Part shown: positions 28,401 through 37,523 of the stretch, piece after piece
How the letters are laid out: each line of letters starts with the position of its first letter
Position numbering within the stretch: the first letter of the stretch is position 1
Virus record (IMG/VR): IMGVR_UViG_2974518997_000001
Span: 1-64,000 of that record
DNA length: 64,000 bases
Reading direction: 5' to 3' (one strand)
Source of the DNA: a virus
Taxonomy: Duplodnaviria > Caudoviricetes
Position numbers and translations under genes: made by a program
The notes under the pieces: model-generated
The model's database searches: none
The model's input: the letters and a program-made list of their open reading frames with translations, nothing else
What the model was told of the DNA's origin: nothing

Positions 28401-29152
28401 GGAACGCCTGCCACGTCGGCAGCCCCTCGGGTGAGTCGATCTGCATCATGGCCCCGAAGTCGCGCACCGGCTACGCGTACTTCCACACCGGTGCGGTGAA
28501 GACGGCCGAGGGTGAGACCCTCGCGACCGGCCGCCTGTGCATGAACGGCGAGCACGCGAAGACGACGCTCAGCTACTCGGGCGCGATGTCGCACTACGAC
28601 AACACCACGCTCGCGGTGGCGGACGTCCGGGTCGGCGAGGACCGCTTCGGCATCTGGGTGGCCGGCGCGATGCGTCCGGACGTCAACGAGAAGCAGATCC
28701 GCACCTTCCGCGCATCGCCCGTCTCGGGTGACTGGCGTCGGATCGGCGGTAACCTCGAGCTGACGATCGGTCTGAACGTGAACGCCCCGGGCTACCCGGT
28801 TCCGCGTCCGCAGGGCCTCGTCGCCTCGATCGACGGTGTGGACAGCGACGTGCAGGACCACGAGCTCATCAGCCTGGTGGCTGCGGGCCTGGTTCCGCCG
28901 GCGGCTGACCTCGGGGACAGCGCACTCTCGGCAGAGGACGTGAGCTACCTGAAGAACCTGGCCACGGAGCTGCGGGAGACCGCGGAAGCGGCGGCTGCAG
29001 CGGAGAAGAAGGCCAAGGTCGACGCGCTGGCGCAGAAGATGCGCGCGCAGAAGGCCCGTCAGGCGGTGGCGGCCTTCGCGGCGAAGCGCGCGGCTGACGA
29101 CACGACGAAGGAAGACAAGACGCAGGCTCAGCCTGCAGAGGAGGGCAACTGA
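25460..29152 (+). CDS. capsid maturation protease with large internal insertion (1230 aa)
   Basis: N-part WAGIIGFENEMTGDGR...GVSMDLD...ATIVAIPAF; C-part GRVYGHLASWNACHVG, GYAYFHTG, SGDWRRIGGNLEL; located before the MCP. Confidence 0.8.
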   Translation: MPTSRRASSLRPLQGLAEYSTIVADEPITVEVEKATTAENEGQPAPVEEVTLTPGTARWAGIIGFENEMTGDGRFIAEGALRWPEDLVENPIPIRYVASDVGAHDGAQVVGLIDTIERQAPLENGSIPIYAEGVFDDAEDADVAQEAFRHVDKKFTNGVSMDLDDVVFEVKNEGESAKETVQTNDARIRAATIVAIPAFADARIGIVGTGAADTVALAGDPKLEAAATLISAHNEEIVQPGSARAMRAHAITKAKLKRLSTRSQSFAYQTTKVKDPEGNWVETPAAAIDIASNSTPPDDSFQQGLDILNEADMLELGSADYLAKVEEAVPLFQAAIEEGGDRAPDAKQVVTILEEYLAINWPSKDDEGNEVETDGEDGANVEKAVEGVQEVAPAAADPAAKQEAAPAKLSSETETFAYNEHQWRNPANGRWIDMPGRLTSKLLDALDSDESGLNDEGYERINTAAVQADAEAGNADSAIKAKDYPAAQEHIAKARDLMSAVDAAIEADNYMEAVDKNTLSDLTRNIDQTLGSQEQDLMGVPAGFDDEGVGSFDPEEVVEVTLPGGGVIEAGGPAVVPSDAPIVPSGRVLDFDDPEDDDKIEETAIEEGSQALDQLEMEWDQDLPAEALQTLSALDALNLDEAEKKFDQVKALLQDAQDGYLGDEDDEGHDRINFLANIVDTLARTIDRWKSEQNYNNGTDYAYDPEQAVAWAAEFNVPDAQVEEMLQVLATVQIGTPEWDELSSASQGFVKLSRAGVDPKEALSIYLRTLEEMGMGAVEFTYGARKGQQFNWVDDVGGLPKYIRDIADSLMARGQGESRAIATAVNTVKRWSKGGPARKGGKGSVSAKTVAKALAALAEWEAKKAAAKASAETTVMATESSPALVASFATTKQRAHAEEVADNRRELLARVKGEDVVAEAEALTAAAAKTALSQRPIVKLRGNSSIPVAPPKNWFENPKFKAIQPITIDEDGRVYGHLASWNACHVGSPSGESICIMAPKSRTGYAYFHTGAVKTAEGETLATGRLCMNGEHAKTTLSYSGAMSHYDNTTLAVADVRVGEDRFGIWVAGAMRPDVNEKQIRTFRASPVSGDWRRIGGNLELTIGLNVNAPGYPVPRPQGLVASIDGVDSDVQDHELISLVAAGLVPPAADLGDSALSAEDVSYLKNLATELRETAEAAAAAEKKAKVDALAQKMRAQKARQAVAAFAAKRAADDTTKEDKTQAQPAEEGN

Positions 29153-29406
29153 TGGGTGAGTGCAACTGCGGGAAGAACGCTCGGCCGACCGGCTTCGGGA
29201 CCAATCCCCGCCAGGAGCAGCAGGTGCAGAACGAGCTGCTCAGTTCGGCGGATCGACCGTTGAACGGGGCGCAGCAGCAGGCTCGCGAGAGCGGGTCCGC
29301 GACGCAGAGCTTCACGCTCCGCGATCGCTCGGGCCATGTCCAGCACTTCGGCAGCGCTCTCGAGCGCAACGCCTACTACGCACGTCAGGGTGGCACGATC
29401 CTCTGA
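29152..29406 (+). CDS. small protein (MGECNCGK...) upstream of the capsid gene
   Basis: TGATG coupling, GGAG RBS. Confidence 0.75.
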   Translation: MGECNCGKNARPTGFGTNPRQEQQVQNELLSSADRPLNGAQQQARESGSATQSFTLRDRSGHVQHFGSALERNAYYARQGGTIL

Positions 29407-29486
29407 CCACGACGTCCGTCCGGGGAGGCGAACGCGTACCAGAGAGCACCACTCGGATGGCATAGAGCCTTCAGCGGCTCACAACG

Positions 29487-29524
29487 GAAAGACCTCGGGA
29501 CCTCCTGGCCCGGGGTCTTTCTTC
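29487..29524 (+). terminator. intrinsic terminator
   Basis: gaaagacctcggg...cccggggtctttc followed by ttc. Confidence 0.7.
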
Positions 29525-29542
29525 ATGCCCGAGAGGTGTCTT

Positions 29543-29608
29543 TTTCCGAGGTTTCGACACGTCGACACCTCCGAAATGTTGCACATTGCGCACTTCCGGC
29601 CATACACT
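29543..29608 (+). promoter_or_regulatory. capsid promoter TTGCAC-N18-TACACT with upstream imperfect palindrome
   Basis: -35 at 29579-29584, -10 at 29603-29608; tttccgaggtttcgac/gtcgacacctccgaaa at 29543-29576. Confidence 0.6.
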
Positions 29609-29697
29609 CATCTCGATAGTCGCTGGCGTCCTTCCAAGGACCGCGGTAGGGCCGGACCTCGCTCACACACTGATCTTTCAGTCCTGAGGAGGACCCA

Positions 29698-31632
29698 ATG
29701 GCCCCTACGGCCCGCCGCAAGGCATTCCGCCGCTCCATCATCTCGCTTGCCACGGCGTACGCCGAGCAGGCTGAGAACGAGGGCACCGAGGATGACCTGG
29801 TCATCCCCGAAGACCTGACCGCTCTCTCCGTCGACGAGCTTCAGACGCTCGCCGGTCGCGCCAACGACGCCTTCGAGGCTGTCTACGGCGACGGCACCGC
29901 GGATCTCGACGACGACCAGTACACCGCCCTGTCGGTGCTCACGGTCGGCATCGAGGCACTCGGTGTCGAGCTCGACGCACGCGAGCAGCTTGCTGCTGAG
30001 CGTCGCAACAAGGCCGCAGAGCTCGCCGCTCGCGTCCGTGGTGACGAGCCTTCCGACACCGCCGCCGACTCCGAGGCCCTCGCGGCCAAGAAGGACAAGG
30101 ACGACGAGGACGAGGACAAGAAGAAGCACTCCGCCGAGGTCGAGGCAGGCGCTCCCGCAGCTGCTGCCGCCGAGCCCGCCGCGGTCGTCGCTTCGGTCGC
30201 CACCGCCGAGCGTCCCGCGATCCGCGTCAACATGGCGAACGTCCGCTCGCGCGCTTCCCGCGCCACCGCGGCCGCCGCTCCCGCGCTGAAGGCCGGCGAC
30301 GGCTACAACTCGGCCGAAGAGGTCTCGAGCATCGGCGACATCATGTACTCGAACTCGACCGGCCTCGGCTTCGAGTCGGGCGCATCCGTCGACTTCGACG
30401 ATCTCGGTCGTGCGATCGACAAGCGCCTCCAGTCGTTCAACGAGTCGGCCTACGCCAAGGCCAACAAGAACGGCCGCCACCTGCGCGACCAGCACTCGCT
30501 CGCCGTGATCAAGAAGCCGTTCAGCGACGACCTGATCGTCCGCTCGAACGACCTCAACCACGTCGAAGAGGTCTTCAACCGCGCTGTCGACGAGAGCCGC
30601 CTCCCTGGCGGATCGCTCGTGGCTTCCGGTGGCTGGTGCGCCCCGTCCGAGGTCATCTACGACCTGATCGGCGAGGTCGAGTCCCGCGACGGTCTGCTCT
30701 CCCTCCCGGAGATCGGTGTTACCCGCGGCGGCGTCTCGTTCACCCGTGGCCCGGACTTCGCGGACATCTTCTCGGAGATCGTCGGCTTCTCCTACACGGA
30801 GCAGAACGACATCGACGGTGAGTACGCGGTCGACGCCAACGGTGTCGGCACCGGCGAGGCTGGCAACAAGCCCTGCTACAAGATCGAGTGCCCGCCCTTC
30901 GTCGAGTACCGTCTCGGCATCGAGGGTCTGTGCCTCTCGGCCGGTCTGCTCCAGCAGCGCGGCTACCCGGAGGTCATCGCACGCACAATCCGTGGCGCAC
31001 TCGTCGCTCACGACCACCGTGTCAACGGTCGCATGATCGCTGCCATGGTCGCCGGATCCACCGCGATCACGATGGCTGCGAACCAGGTCGGCACCATTGC
31101 GCCGATCCTGACCGCCGTCGAGCTCCAGGTGGAGCACTACCGTGCCGTCCGGCGCATGAGCCGGAACACGACCCTCGAGGCCGTGTTCCCGTTCTGGGTG
31201 CGCGGCGCGATCCGCTCCGACCTCAGCCGTCGCCTCGGTATCGACCCCGACACCGGCATCAACGTGACGGACGCGCAGATCACGGACTGGTTCAACAGCC
31301 GTGGCATCTCGCCGCAGTTCGTCTACAACTGGCAGGACATCGCGGGCACCGCCGCGACGGCCTTCACCCAGTGGCCGACCTCGGTCCAGTTCCTGCTCTA
31401 CTCGGCAGGCACCTGGGTCCGCGGTACGTCGGACATCATCACGATCGACACGCTGTACGACTCCGTCCTGCTCGGTCAGAACGACTACACGGCCCTCTTC
31501 ACGGAGGAGGGTGTCTTCACCGCTCGCCGTGGTCAGGACTCCCGCGTCGTCACCGTTCCGATCACCGCCGACGGCGCAACCGCTGCCGGCGTGGACATCG
31601 CCCACAACGGCTCGCTCGTCCCCGCCGTCTGA
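29698..31632 (+). CDS. major capsid (hexamer) protein with N-terminal scaffold-like region
   Basis: GAGGAGG RBS; very strong codon bias; SLVASGGWCAPSE, LPEIGVTRGG, KPCYKIECP, NDYTALFTEEG as in cluster B-like actinophage MCPs. Confidence 0.9.
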   Translation: MAPTARRKAFRRSIISLATAYAEQAENEGTEDDLVIPEDLTALSVDELQTLAGRANDAFEAVYGDGTADLDDDQYTALSVLTVGIEALGVELDAREQLAAERRNKAAELAARVRGDEPSDTAADSEALAAKKDKDDEDEDKKKHSAEVEAGAPAAAAAEPAAVVASVATAERPAIRVNMANVRSRASRATAAAAPALKAGDGYNSAEEVSSIGDIMYSNSTGLGFESGASVDFDDLGRAIDKRLQSFNESAYAKANKNGRHLRDQHSLAVIKKPFSDDLIVRSNDLNHVEEVFNRAVDESRLPGGSLVASGGWCAPSEVIYDLIGEVESRDGLLSLPEIGVTRGGVSFTRGPDFADIFSEIVGFSYTEQNDIDGEYAVDANGVGTGEAGNKPCYKIECPPFVEYRLGIEGLCLSAGLLQQRGYPEVIARTIRGALVAHDHRVNGRMIAAMVAGSTAITMAANQVGTIAPILTAVELQVEHYRAVRRMSRNTTLEAVFPFWVRGAIRSDLSRRLGIDPDTGINVTDAQITDWFNSRGISPQFVYNWQDIAGTAATAFTQWPTSVQFLLYSAGTWVRGTSDIITIDTLYDSVLLGQNDYTALFTEEGVFTARRGQDSRVVTVPITADGATAAGVDIAHNGSLVPAV

Positions 31633-31639
31633 TCTGATT

Positions 31640-31673
31640 CCAGGCCGCTCTCCACTAACGGAGGGCGGCCTGG
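31640..31673 (+). terminator. strong stem-loop after the MCP (no U-tract; attenuator/stabiliser)
   Basis: ccaggccgctctcc-actaac-ggagggcggcctgg. Confidence 0.55.
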
Positions 31674-31701
31674 GCCAGACCCAGAGCCTGAGGAGGACAC
31701 C

Positions 31702-32358
31702 ATGGGTCGCACCGCAACGTTCAAGGCCGGTGAGCGCCGGATCCGTCCCACGGGTTCTGACGCAGCCGCTGACAGCAACACCGCGAACTCGCTGTTCCGC
31801 GAGGTCGACGAGAAGGGCAACCCGATCGTCACCGTGCAGAGCGAGGGCGCACACCCGCTTCCCGCTTCGGCTCCGGCCGAGGTGGTCACTGACTCGCGTG
31901 AGCTCTCCGAGCTGGACGTGAAGCAGGACGCCGTCTTCGATCCGACCGACGAGGAGCTGGCGAACTTCGACGCTCTCGTGAAGTCGGGCCTCAGCGAGAC
32001 CGAGGCTGCGGCCGAGGTCTGGCCGGGCGTGGACTTCACCACGGACGACGAGGTCGAGGACGTCATCGAGGAGATCGAGGACGCCGGCAACACCGAGGAG
32101 ACCGCTCCCGAAGAGGAGACGGTCGAGGAGACCACCGAAGAGGTCGTTCCCGAGGAGACGAAGGACGAAGAGTCCGACGGCGACGAGGAGACGGCAGCCG
32201 AAGAGGTCGCTCGGAAGTACCCCGAGGGTGAGCCGACGGACAAGTGGCTCGTCAGCTCGATCGACGCCTGGGCTGCTGACCAGGAGCCCGTCATCGAGTT
32301 CCCGAGCGGTGCCACCAAGCCGCAGAAGCTCGCCCACATCAAGGAAGCGACTGCCTGA
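31702..32358 (+). CDS. acidic hypothetical protein
   Basis: GAGGAGG RBS; Glu-rich; C-terminal short helical motif. Confidence 0.8.
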   Translation: MGRTATFKAGERRIRPTGSDAAADSNTANSLFREVDEKGNPIVTVQSEGAHPLPASAPAEVVTDSRELSELDVKQDAVFDPTDEELANFDALVKSGLSETEAAAEVWPGVDFTTDDEVEDVIEEIEDAGNTEETAPEEETVEETTEEVVPEETKDEESDGDEETAAEEVARKYPEGEPTDKWLVSSIDAWAADQEPVIEFPSGATKPQKLAHIKEATA

Positions 32359-33179
32359 TGCCTCCGTTCGCACCCGCAGCTACGGTCACCGGACCGGGGC
32401 GTACTCCGCTGCCGTTCGGCGCGTTCAGCGTGCTCACTCTCCGTGAGAACTCGAACGACGTGTGGATCAACGGCGTGCAGTGGGAGACGCTCACCTGCGA
32501 GCCGGCGGGTGTGATCAGCGACTTCAACTGCGACGTCGAAGAGGTCCTCGGACTTCCTCGCTCGCTGGACAAGCTGGCCGCACCCTACGCACAGGCCTCC
32601 GCGTTCAGCGTCTACGGGCACTACCAGTGCTCGGCAGTCGGTCGCATGGGCATGCAGACCTACGCGTCGGAGCAGGCGCGTGAGCACCTGGCCCTGCGCG
32701 AGGAGGCGGCCGTCGAGACGGCTGCTGAGGCGCTCATCCGCTCGGGAGGCGCGCTCCTGGCCGGTCCGACGACTCCGTGGCAGCTGATCGCCGCGCTGGA
32801 GCAGTACCACGCCGAGCAGACGGGCTCGCAGGGCATCCTGTGGGTCAGCCGCCGGCTGGCAACGCTCCTGGGCGACGACGGGGACCTCTCGGAGCGCGGC
32901 GGACAGCTGCGGACCACCCTTCGGACGCCCGTGATCGCCGCCACCGGCGTCGCGGACAACTTCATCGGCATCACCTCGAATCCCGTCGCCTACCGCGGAC
33001 AGGTCGAGGACTACTCGAACCGTCCGTACAACCTGATGGATCGCGGTCAGAACAACATCCTGGCGATCGCCGAGCGCGATTACCTGATCGGCTTCGAGGA
33101 CTGCGGCCTGGCGTACGCCGAGGCCACGCTCCCCGCGGTGACCGTTACTCCGCCCTCGACCAATCCACCTGCCGAGTAA
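32358..33179 (+). CDS. major capsid pentamer protein
   Basis: PFGAFSV, WINGVQW, FSVYGHYQCS...L..REEAAVE, AIAERDY; synteny after the hexamer gene. Confidence 0.7.
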   Translation: MPPFAPAATVTGPGRTPLPFGAFSVLTLRENSNDVWINGVQWETLTCEPAGVISDFNCDVEEVLGLPRSLDKLAAPYAQASAFSVYGHYQCSAVGRMGMQTYASEQAREHLALREEAAVETAAEALIRSGGALLAGPTTPWQLIAALEQYHAEQTGSQGILWVSRRLATLLGDDGDLSERGGQLRTTLRTPVIAATGVADNFIGITSNPVAYRGQVEDYSNRPYNLMDRGQNNILAIAERDYLIGFEDCGLAYAEATLPAVTVTPPSTNPPAE

Positions 33180-33191
33180 GGAAAGAACCTC

Positions 33192-34076
33192 ATGGCAACT
33201 CACTGCTTCATCCCGATGCTCGGCAAGCGTCTTCGCGCGACCGAGCTGGACTACTGTGGCGCTCCGGCGGCCGGTGGTCAGTACATCGTCACCGATGGCT
33301 TCGTCAACATCTCGCTCTCGAGCGAGGTCGAGGACGGTGCCGAGATCATCGTCAAGAAGGCCAACGGCCAGCTCTGCGTGAACGAGAAGCTCAGCAACTC
33401 GTTCAAGTGGTTCACGGCCGAGATCGAGTTCTGTGGCGTGAACCCGTCGCTGCTCGCGATCGTCTCCAACGCGACGCCGTACGCGGACTTCGCGGGCGAT
33501 GTGGCCGGCTTCACCATCCGCGAGGGCGAGATCAACAAGCGCTTCGCTCTCGAGCTGTGGGCGGGACTCTCCGGAGTCGCATGCCTCCCCGGCCAGGCGG
33601 ACGAGGCCTCGGGCTACTTCCTGCTTCCGTTCCTGGCGGCCGGTGTGCTCGGTGACATCACGATCGACGGCGAGAACGCGGTCACGTTCTCCCTCACGGG
33701 TGCCTACACCAAGGGTGGCAACCAGTGGGGCAACGGCCCGTACCTCACCATGCGTCAGGAAGACGGCACTATGGCCGCTCTCCCGACGGCGCTGGACCCG
33801 TACGACCACCTGCTCCTCGTCGACACCGCTCTGGCTCCGCCGCCCTCGGCGTGCGAGCCGCGTATCATCGGCGACGCTGTCGAGTGGCAGGCCGCTCCCG
33901 GCAACGTGTTCCCCGCGAACACCGCCATCACCGCGTCTGACACGGCGAACGCCGCGAAGCTCGCTGGCCTCGGGTACATCCCGAACCCGCGCGCACCGTG
34001 GGAGCCGACCGAGAAGATCACCATCGGCACGTTCGAGTTCAAGTGGACTGGAACCGCCTGGGCCCCTTTCAGCTGA
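33192..34076 (+). CDS. major tail protein
   Basis: GKRLRATELDYCG, VTDGFV, KKANGQLCV, FCGVNP, FALELW, GYFLLPF. Confidence 0.85.
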   Translation: MATHCFIPMLGKRLRATELDYCGAPAAGGQYIVTDGFVNISLSSEVEDGAEIIVKKANGQLCVNEKLSNSFKWFTAEIEFCGVNPSLLAIVSNATPYADFAGDVAGFTIREGEINKRFALELWAGLSGVACLPGQADEASGYFLLPFLAAGVLGDITIDGENAVTFSLTGAYTKGGNQWGNGPYLTMRQEDGTMAALPTALDPYDHLLLVDTALAPPPSACEPRIIGDAVEWQAAPGNVFPANTAITASDTANAAKLAGLGYIPNPRAPWEPTEKITIGTFEFKWTGTAWAPFS

Positions 34077-34128
34077 GCCCCGGCTCAGGGTTCGGATTCG
34101 GCCCTTTCGGTCATGGACCGTTCGGACA

Positions 34129-34165
34129 CAGCCCCGTCTGAGCCCTGAGCTCGGCGGGGCTGTTC
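34129..34165 (+). terminator. stem-loop after the major tail gene
   Basis: cagccccgtctgagc...gctcggcggggctg-tt. Confidence 0.5.
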
Positions 34166-34202
34166 CCGTCTTGACACACATCCACCCGAGTAGGAGCCGG
34201 CG

Positions 34203-35039
34203 ATGCCGTACAACGAGAATCTCCCCGCGGAGAACACCGATCCCTGGTACACCCCGCTCGTCGCGGTGTGGGCGAGTCTGCGGAACTTCGTCAACGGCCT
34301 CGAGTCGAGCCTGACGAGCCTGACGGCGGCCGTGGCGGCGAAGGCTGACACTGCTGCGCTCACGGCGGGCCTCGCGGGCAAGATCGACACGTCCCAGCGG
34401 GGCGTGAACAACGGCGTGGCCACGCTCGACGCGCAGGGGAAGCTCCTGACGGCGCAGCTGCCGGCGCTGGCGGTCACGGAGTACCTGGAGTCCTCGGCGA
34501 ACCAGGCCGAGATGCTCGCGAAGGTCGGACAGACTGGCGACTGGACGATCCGAGCGGACCTGGGCACCGTCTGGGTCATCACTGGGGCGAATCCGACGCA
34601 GCTGGCCTCGTGGACGCAGCTCGGATACCCCTCGGCACCCGTCTCCTCGGTGAACGGGAAGGCCGGGATCGTCGTTCTCTCGGCCGCCGACGTCGGAGCA
34701 CTCTCGGCGACGGCCTTCGATGACTACGCAGCGACCTCGCTGGCCGCGTTCGAGGGTCTGGAAGCCACCGTGGCGACGAAGGCCGCCGAGGCGGACCTCA
34801 CCGCGCTGCAGGGCACGGTCACCACGCTGCAGGGGACCGTCACGACCGTCGCGACGAACTCCGACAACGCGTTCCAGACGGCGCAGGCCGCGCAGACGAC
34901 GGCGAACGGCGCGATCCAGTCCGCTCAGATCATCGATGCGCAGAATGAGGTCGGCATCGCTCAGGTGGCGTTCATCCCGAAGAACGGGACCGTTCCTGCG
35001 GGCGCAACGCCGTACACGCTCATCGTCGAGGACTCCTGA
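34203..35039 (+). CDS. virion fibre/appendage-like protein
   Basis: GVATLDAQGKL, VSSVNGKAGIVVLSAADVGA fibre repeats, coiled coil. Confidence 0.65.
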   Translation: MPYNENLPAENTDPWYTPLVAVWASLRNFVNGLESSLTSLTAAVAAKADTAALTAGLAGKIDTSQRGVNNGVATLDAQGKLLTAQLPALAVTEYLESSANQAEMLAKVGQTGDWTIRADLGTVWVITGANPTQLASWTQLGYPSAPVSSVNGKAGIVVLSAADVGALSATAFDDYAATSLAAFEGLEATVATKAAEADLTALQGTVTTLQGTVTTVATNSDNAFQTAQAAQTTANGAIQSAQIIDAQNEVGIAQVAFIPKNGTVPAGATPYTLIVEDS

Positions 35040-36613
35040 TGCCGGTTCCCCAGCTCCTCGCGGCTCCCGCTGCGCGCGGTGGCCAGGGCGACATCATCAC
35101 CGCAGACTTCACCACGTTCCTGCCCGCCGTCAATGGGCATGTGCGGATCATGGCGGGCCGCTCGCAGGGCACCGTTCCCGCGGACATCACGCCGCCCGCC
35201 GGCTGGGCGCGCGCGGGCACATCAGGCACCGCCCCGGTGAACGACCGATTCACCGGCATCTTCTTCAAGCGAATCACCGACGCACTGACCGAGCCTGACA
35301 CAGTGGCGTTCTCGGGCGTCTCCGCGGGCGCGAACAGCCGCCTCGAGAGTGCCACTCTCGTCGTGACCGGCGTCGACCCGGCATTCGTGAACGACGCGGG
35401 CCTGCGCTACCGGCCTGACGCGTTCCTCCCGAGCATCACCGTGCCCGAGGTGCCGGCTCTGCTCATCGCGATTTGGGCGGCGGAGTTCACCGCGGGCGTC
35501 TCGGTCATCCCGAACAGCGTCCCTGCAGGGCTGACGGTGCGCCTCATCACGCAGACCGCGGGCGGCTCGAACCCGGCACCCGTGCTGGACAACTCGGTCA
35601 CCACTGGCTCGCGCACGGGCCTGATCGTCGCGACGATGGAACTCCCGGCGGGCTCCTCGAAGGTCATCCCCGACATGACGATGGGCTGGGCGAGCGCTCC
35701 GACGTCGATCAAGTCGGCGTCGATGGTGCTGCGCGGTGCTCCCGAGGAGGGCATCGGCGTCCCGGTGAAGCGCGGCAACGGTGCGGCTGCCAAGCTCTCG
35801 TTCCTGAACGGCGCGGGCGTGCGCAAGGCTCCGACTCGGGCGGCCATCTGGCTTCCCGGGTTCGCTGACGTCGAGCAGCTGCTCGCCACCCCGGGCGCGA
35901 CGATGGCGCACCGCGGAGGGTCGGCGAACTGGCCGGAGTTCTCCGAGGTGGCCTACGACCGCTCGGTGTTCCGCGACTATGGTCTGCTCGAGTTCTCGTG
36001 CGGGTGGACGAGCGACCTCGTGCCCTTCGGCCTCGGGGATCAGTACCTCGACAGCGCGGCAGGCGTGACGGGCAGCATCGATCCGAACACGCTCACCTGG
36101 GCGCAGATCGCCTCGACCTACCAGAACAAGCTCCGGCCGATCCAGAGCGGCGTCTTCCAGCCGTTCTACCGCCTCGAGCAGTTCCTGGAGAAGTACACCC
36201 CGCACCACGTCGTCGCCGTCGACCCGAAGTTCGGGTGGAACACCCCGGCGAAGTACAACGCGATGCTGGACATCTGCGACGCGCATGGCGGCCCGGACAA
36301 GATCGTGATCAAGTTCGACTCTCCGGTGAACCTCCACGGCCTGATCGACGCTGCGCACCTGCGCGGCTACATCGGCATGAACTACTGGGGCACGGAGCCT
36401 GAGAAGCTCACTCCGACGTACGGCACCGACCGCTGGGATCTGATCGGCATCCGCTACGACGCCGTGCAGTCGACGTACGACGCGGCGATCGCGATCGGCA
36501 AGCCGGTGTGGGCCGCGGTCATCCCGACGCAGGCCGGGTACGACCTGGCAGCGACGCAGGGTGCCGACCTCATGATGTGCTCGAACGTCGCGGGCATCGC
36601 ACCTGTATCCTGA
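35039..36613 (+). CDS. virion protein with C-terminal glycerophosphodiester phosphodiesterase (GDPD)-like domain
   Basis: MAHRGGSANWPEFS...AY...LLE, VDPK, TIM-barrel-like pattern, GADLMMCSN. Confidence 0.75.
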   Translation: MPVPQLLAAPAARGGQGDIITADFTTFLPAVNGHVRIMAGRSQGTVPADITPPAGWARAGTSGTAPVNDRFTGIFFKRITDALTEPDTVAFSGVSAGANSRLESATLVVTGVDPAFVNDAGLRYRPDAFLPSITVPEVPALLIAIWAAEFTAGVSVIPNSVPAGLTVRLITQTAGGSNPAPVLDNSVTTGSRTGLIVATMELPAGSSKVIPDMTMGWASAPTSIKSASMVLRGAPEEGIGVPVKRGNGAAAKLSFLNGAGVRKAPTRAAIWLPGFADVEQLLATPGATMAHRGGSANWPEFSEVAYDRSVFRDYGLLEFSCGWTSDLVPFGLGDQYLDSAAGVTGSIDPNTLTWAQIASTYQNKLRPIQSGVFQPFYRLEQFLEKYTPHHVVAVDPKFGWNTPAKYNAMLDICDAHGGPDKIVIKFDSPVNLHGLIDAAHLRGYIGMNYWGTEPEKLTPTYGTDRWDLIGIRYDAVQSTYDAAIAIGKPVWAAVIPTQAGYDLAATQGADLMMCSNVAGIAPVS

Positions 36614-36632
36614 CCTCGAGGAGAGGACTCAC

Positions 36633-37523
36633 ATGCTCGAGCTCTGTGACTGGCCGATCGACTACGCGGGATGCGGCGCGACGCCCGGCGATCCCACGGC
36701 GAACCCGCCGAAGCCTCCGTCGACGGGAGTTGCACTCCTCGATGACATGACGCCGGAGCAGCGCGCGATCTGGGAGCGCATGGCCAGCGAGTTCCTCTGG
36801 AACTGGACGAACCGCGTCTTCGGGACGTGCCCGGTGGCGCTGCGTCCGTGCACCTCGAACTGCGGGAGCTGGGAGAAGTACCGCTCGAGCTTCTGGGGAC
36901 GCGGGCCGTTCCCGTGGCAGGGCAGCTGGGACGGCGGCTCCTGGGTGCCGGTGCTGATCGGTGGCCAGTGGTACAACATGACCTGCGGCTGCGTCTCCTC
37001 GTGCAAGTGCTCGATCGAGGGTCCCGCCTCGCTCGCACTGCCGGGTCCGGTGGCGACCGTGCTGCAGGTGAAGGTCGACGGCGTGACGCTCCCTTCGAGC
37101 AGCTACCGCGTGATGTACAAGCGCTTCCTCGTGCGCACCGACGGCGGCGTGTGGCCGGCGTGCCAGGATCTGCTGGCGGACCCCGATCAGCCTCCCTCGG
37201 ACACGAACGGCTCCTCGTTCGAGGTGATCTACAACCGCGGCATCGAGGTGCCGATCGGAGGACAGCTCGCGGCGGGCATGCTGGCGGCAGAGTTCGCGAA
37301 GGCGGGCTGCAACGACCGCTCGTGCCAGCTCCCGCGGCGCATCAAGACGATCGTGCGCCAGGAAGTTACCGTCGACCTGATGGACAGCTTCGACTCGATC
37401 AAGGAGGGCGGCACGGGTATCTGGATCATCGACAGCTGGGTGCAGAGCGTCGTGGCTCCTCGGCCGTTCGCCTCGGTCCGCTCGGTCGATGTGAAGCCGA
37501 AGGTGAGCACTCATGGCTGGTAG
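36633..37523 (+). CDS. head-to-tail adaptor
   Basis: LWNWTNRVFGTCPVALRPC, LPGPV, LVRTDGGVWPACQDL, CQLPRR, TGIWIIDSWV. Confidence 0.75.
   Translation: MLELCDWPIDYAGCGATPGDPTANPPKPPSTGVALLDDMTPEQRAIWERMASEFLWNWTNRVFGTCPVALRPCTSNCGSWEKYRSSFWGRGPFPWQGSWDGGSWVPVLIGGQWYNMTCGCVSSCKCSIEGPASLALPGPVATVLQVKVDGVTLPSSSYRVMYKRFLVRTDGGVWPACQDLLADPDQPPSDTNGSSFEVIYNRGIEVPIGGQLAAGMLAAEFAKAGCNDRSCQLPRRIKTIVRQEVTVDLMDSFDSIKEGGTGIWIIDSWVQSVVAPRPFASVRSVDVKPKVSTHGW

Noticed and set aside
34171-34200. Perfect TTGACA as a promoter
   Set aside because: No TANNNT at 16-18 bp spacing.
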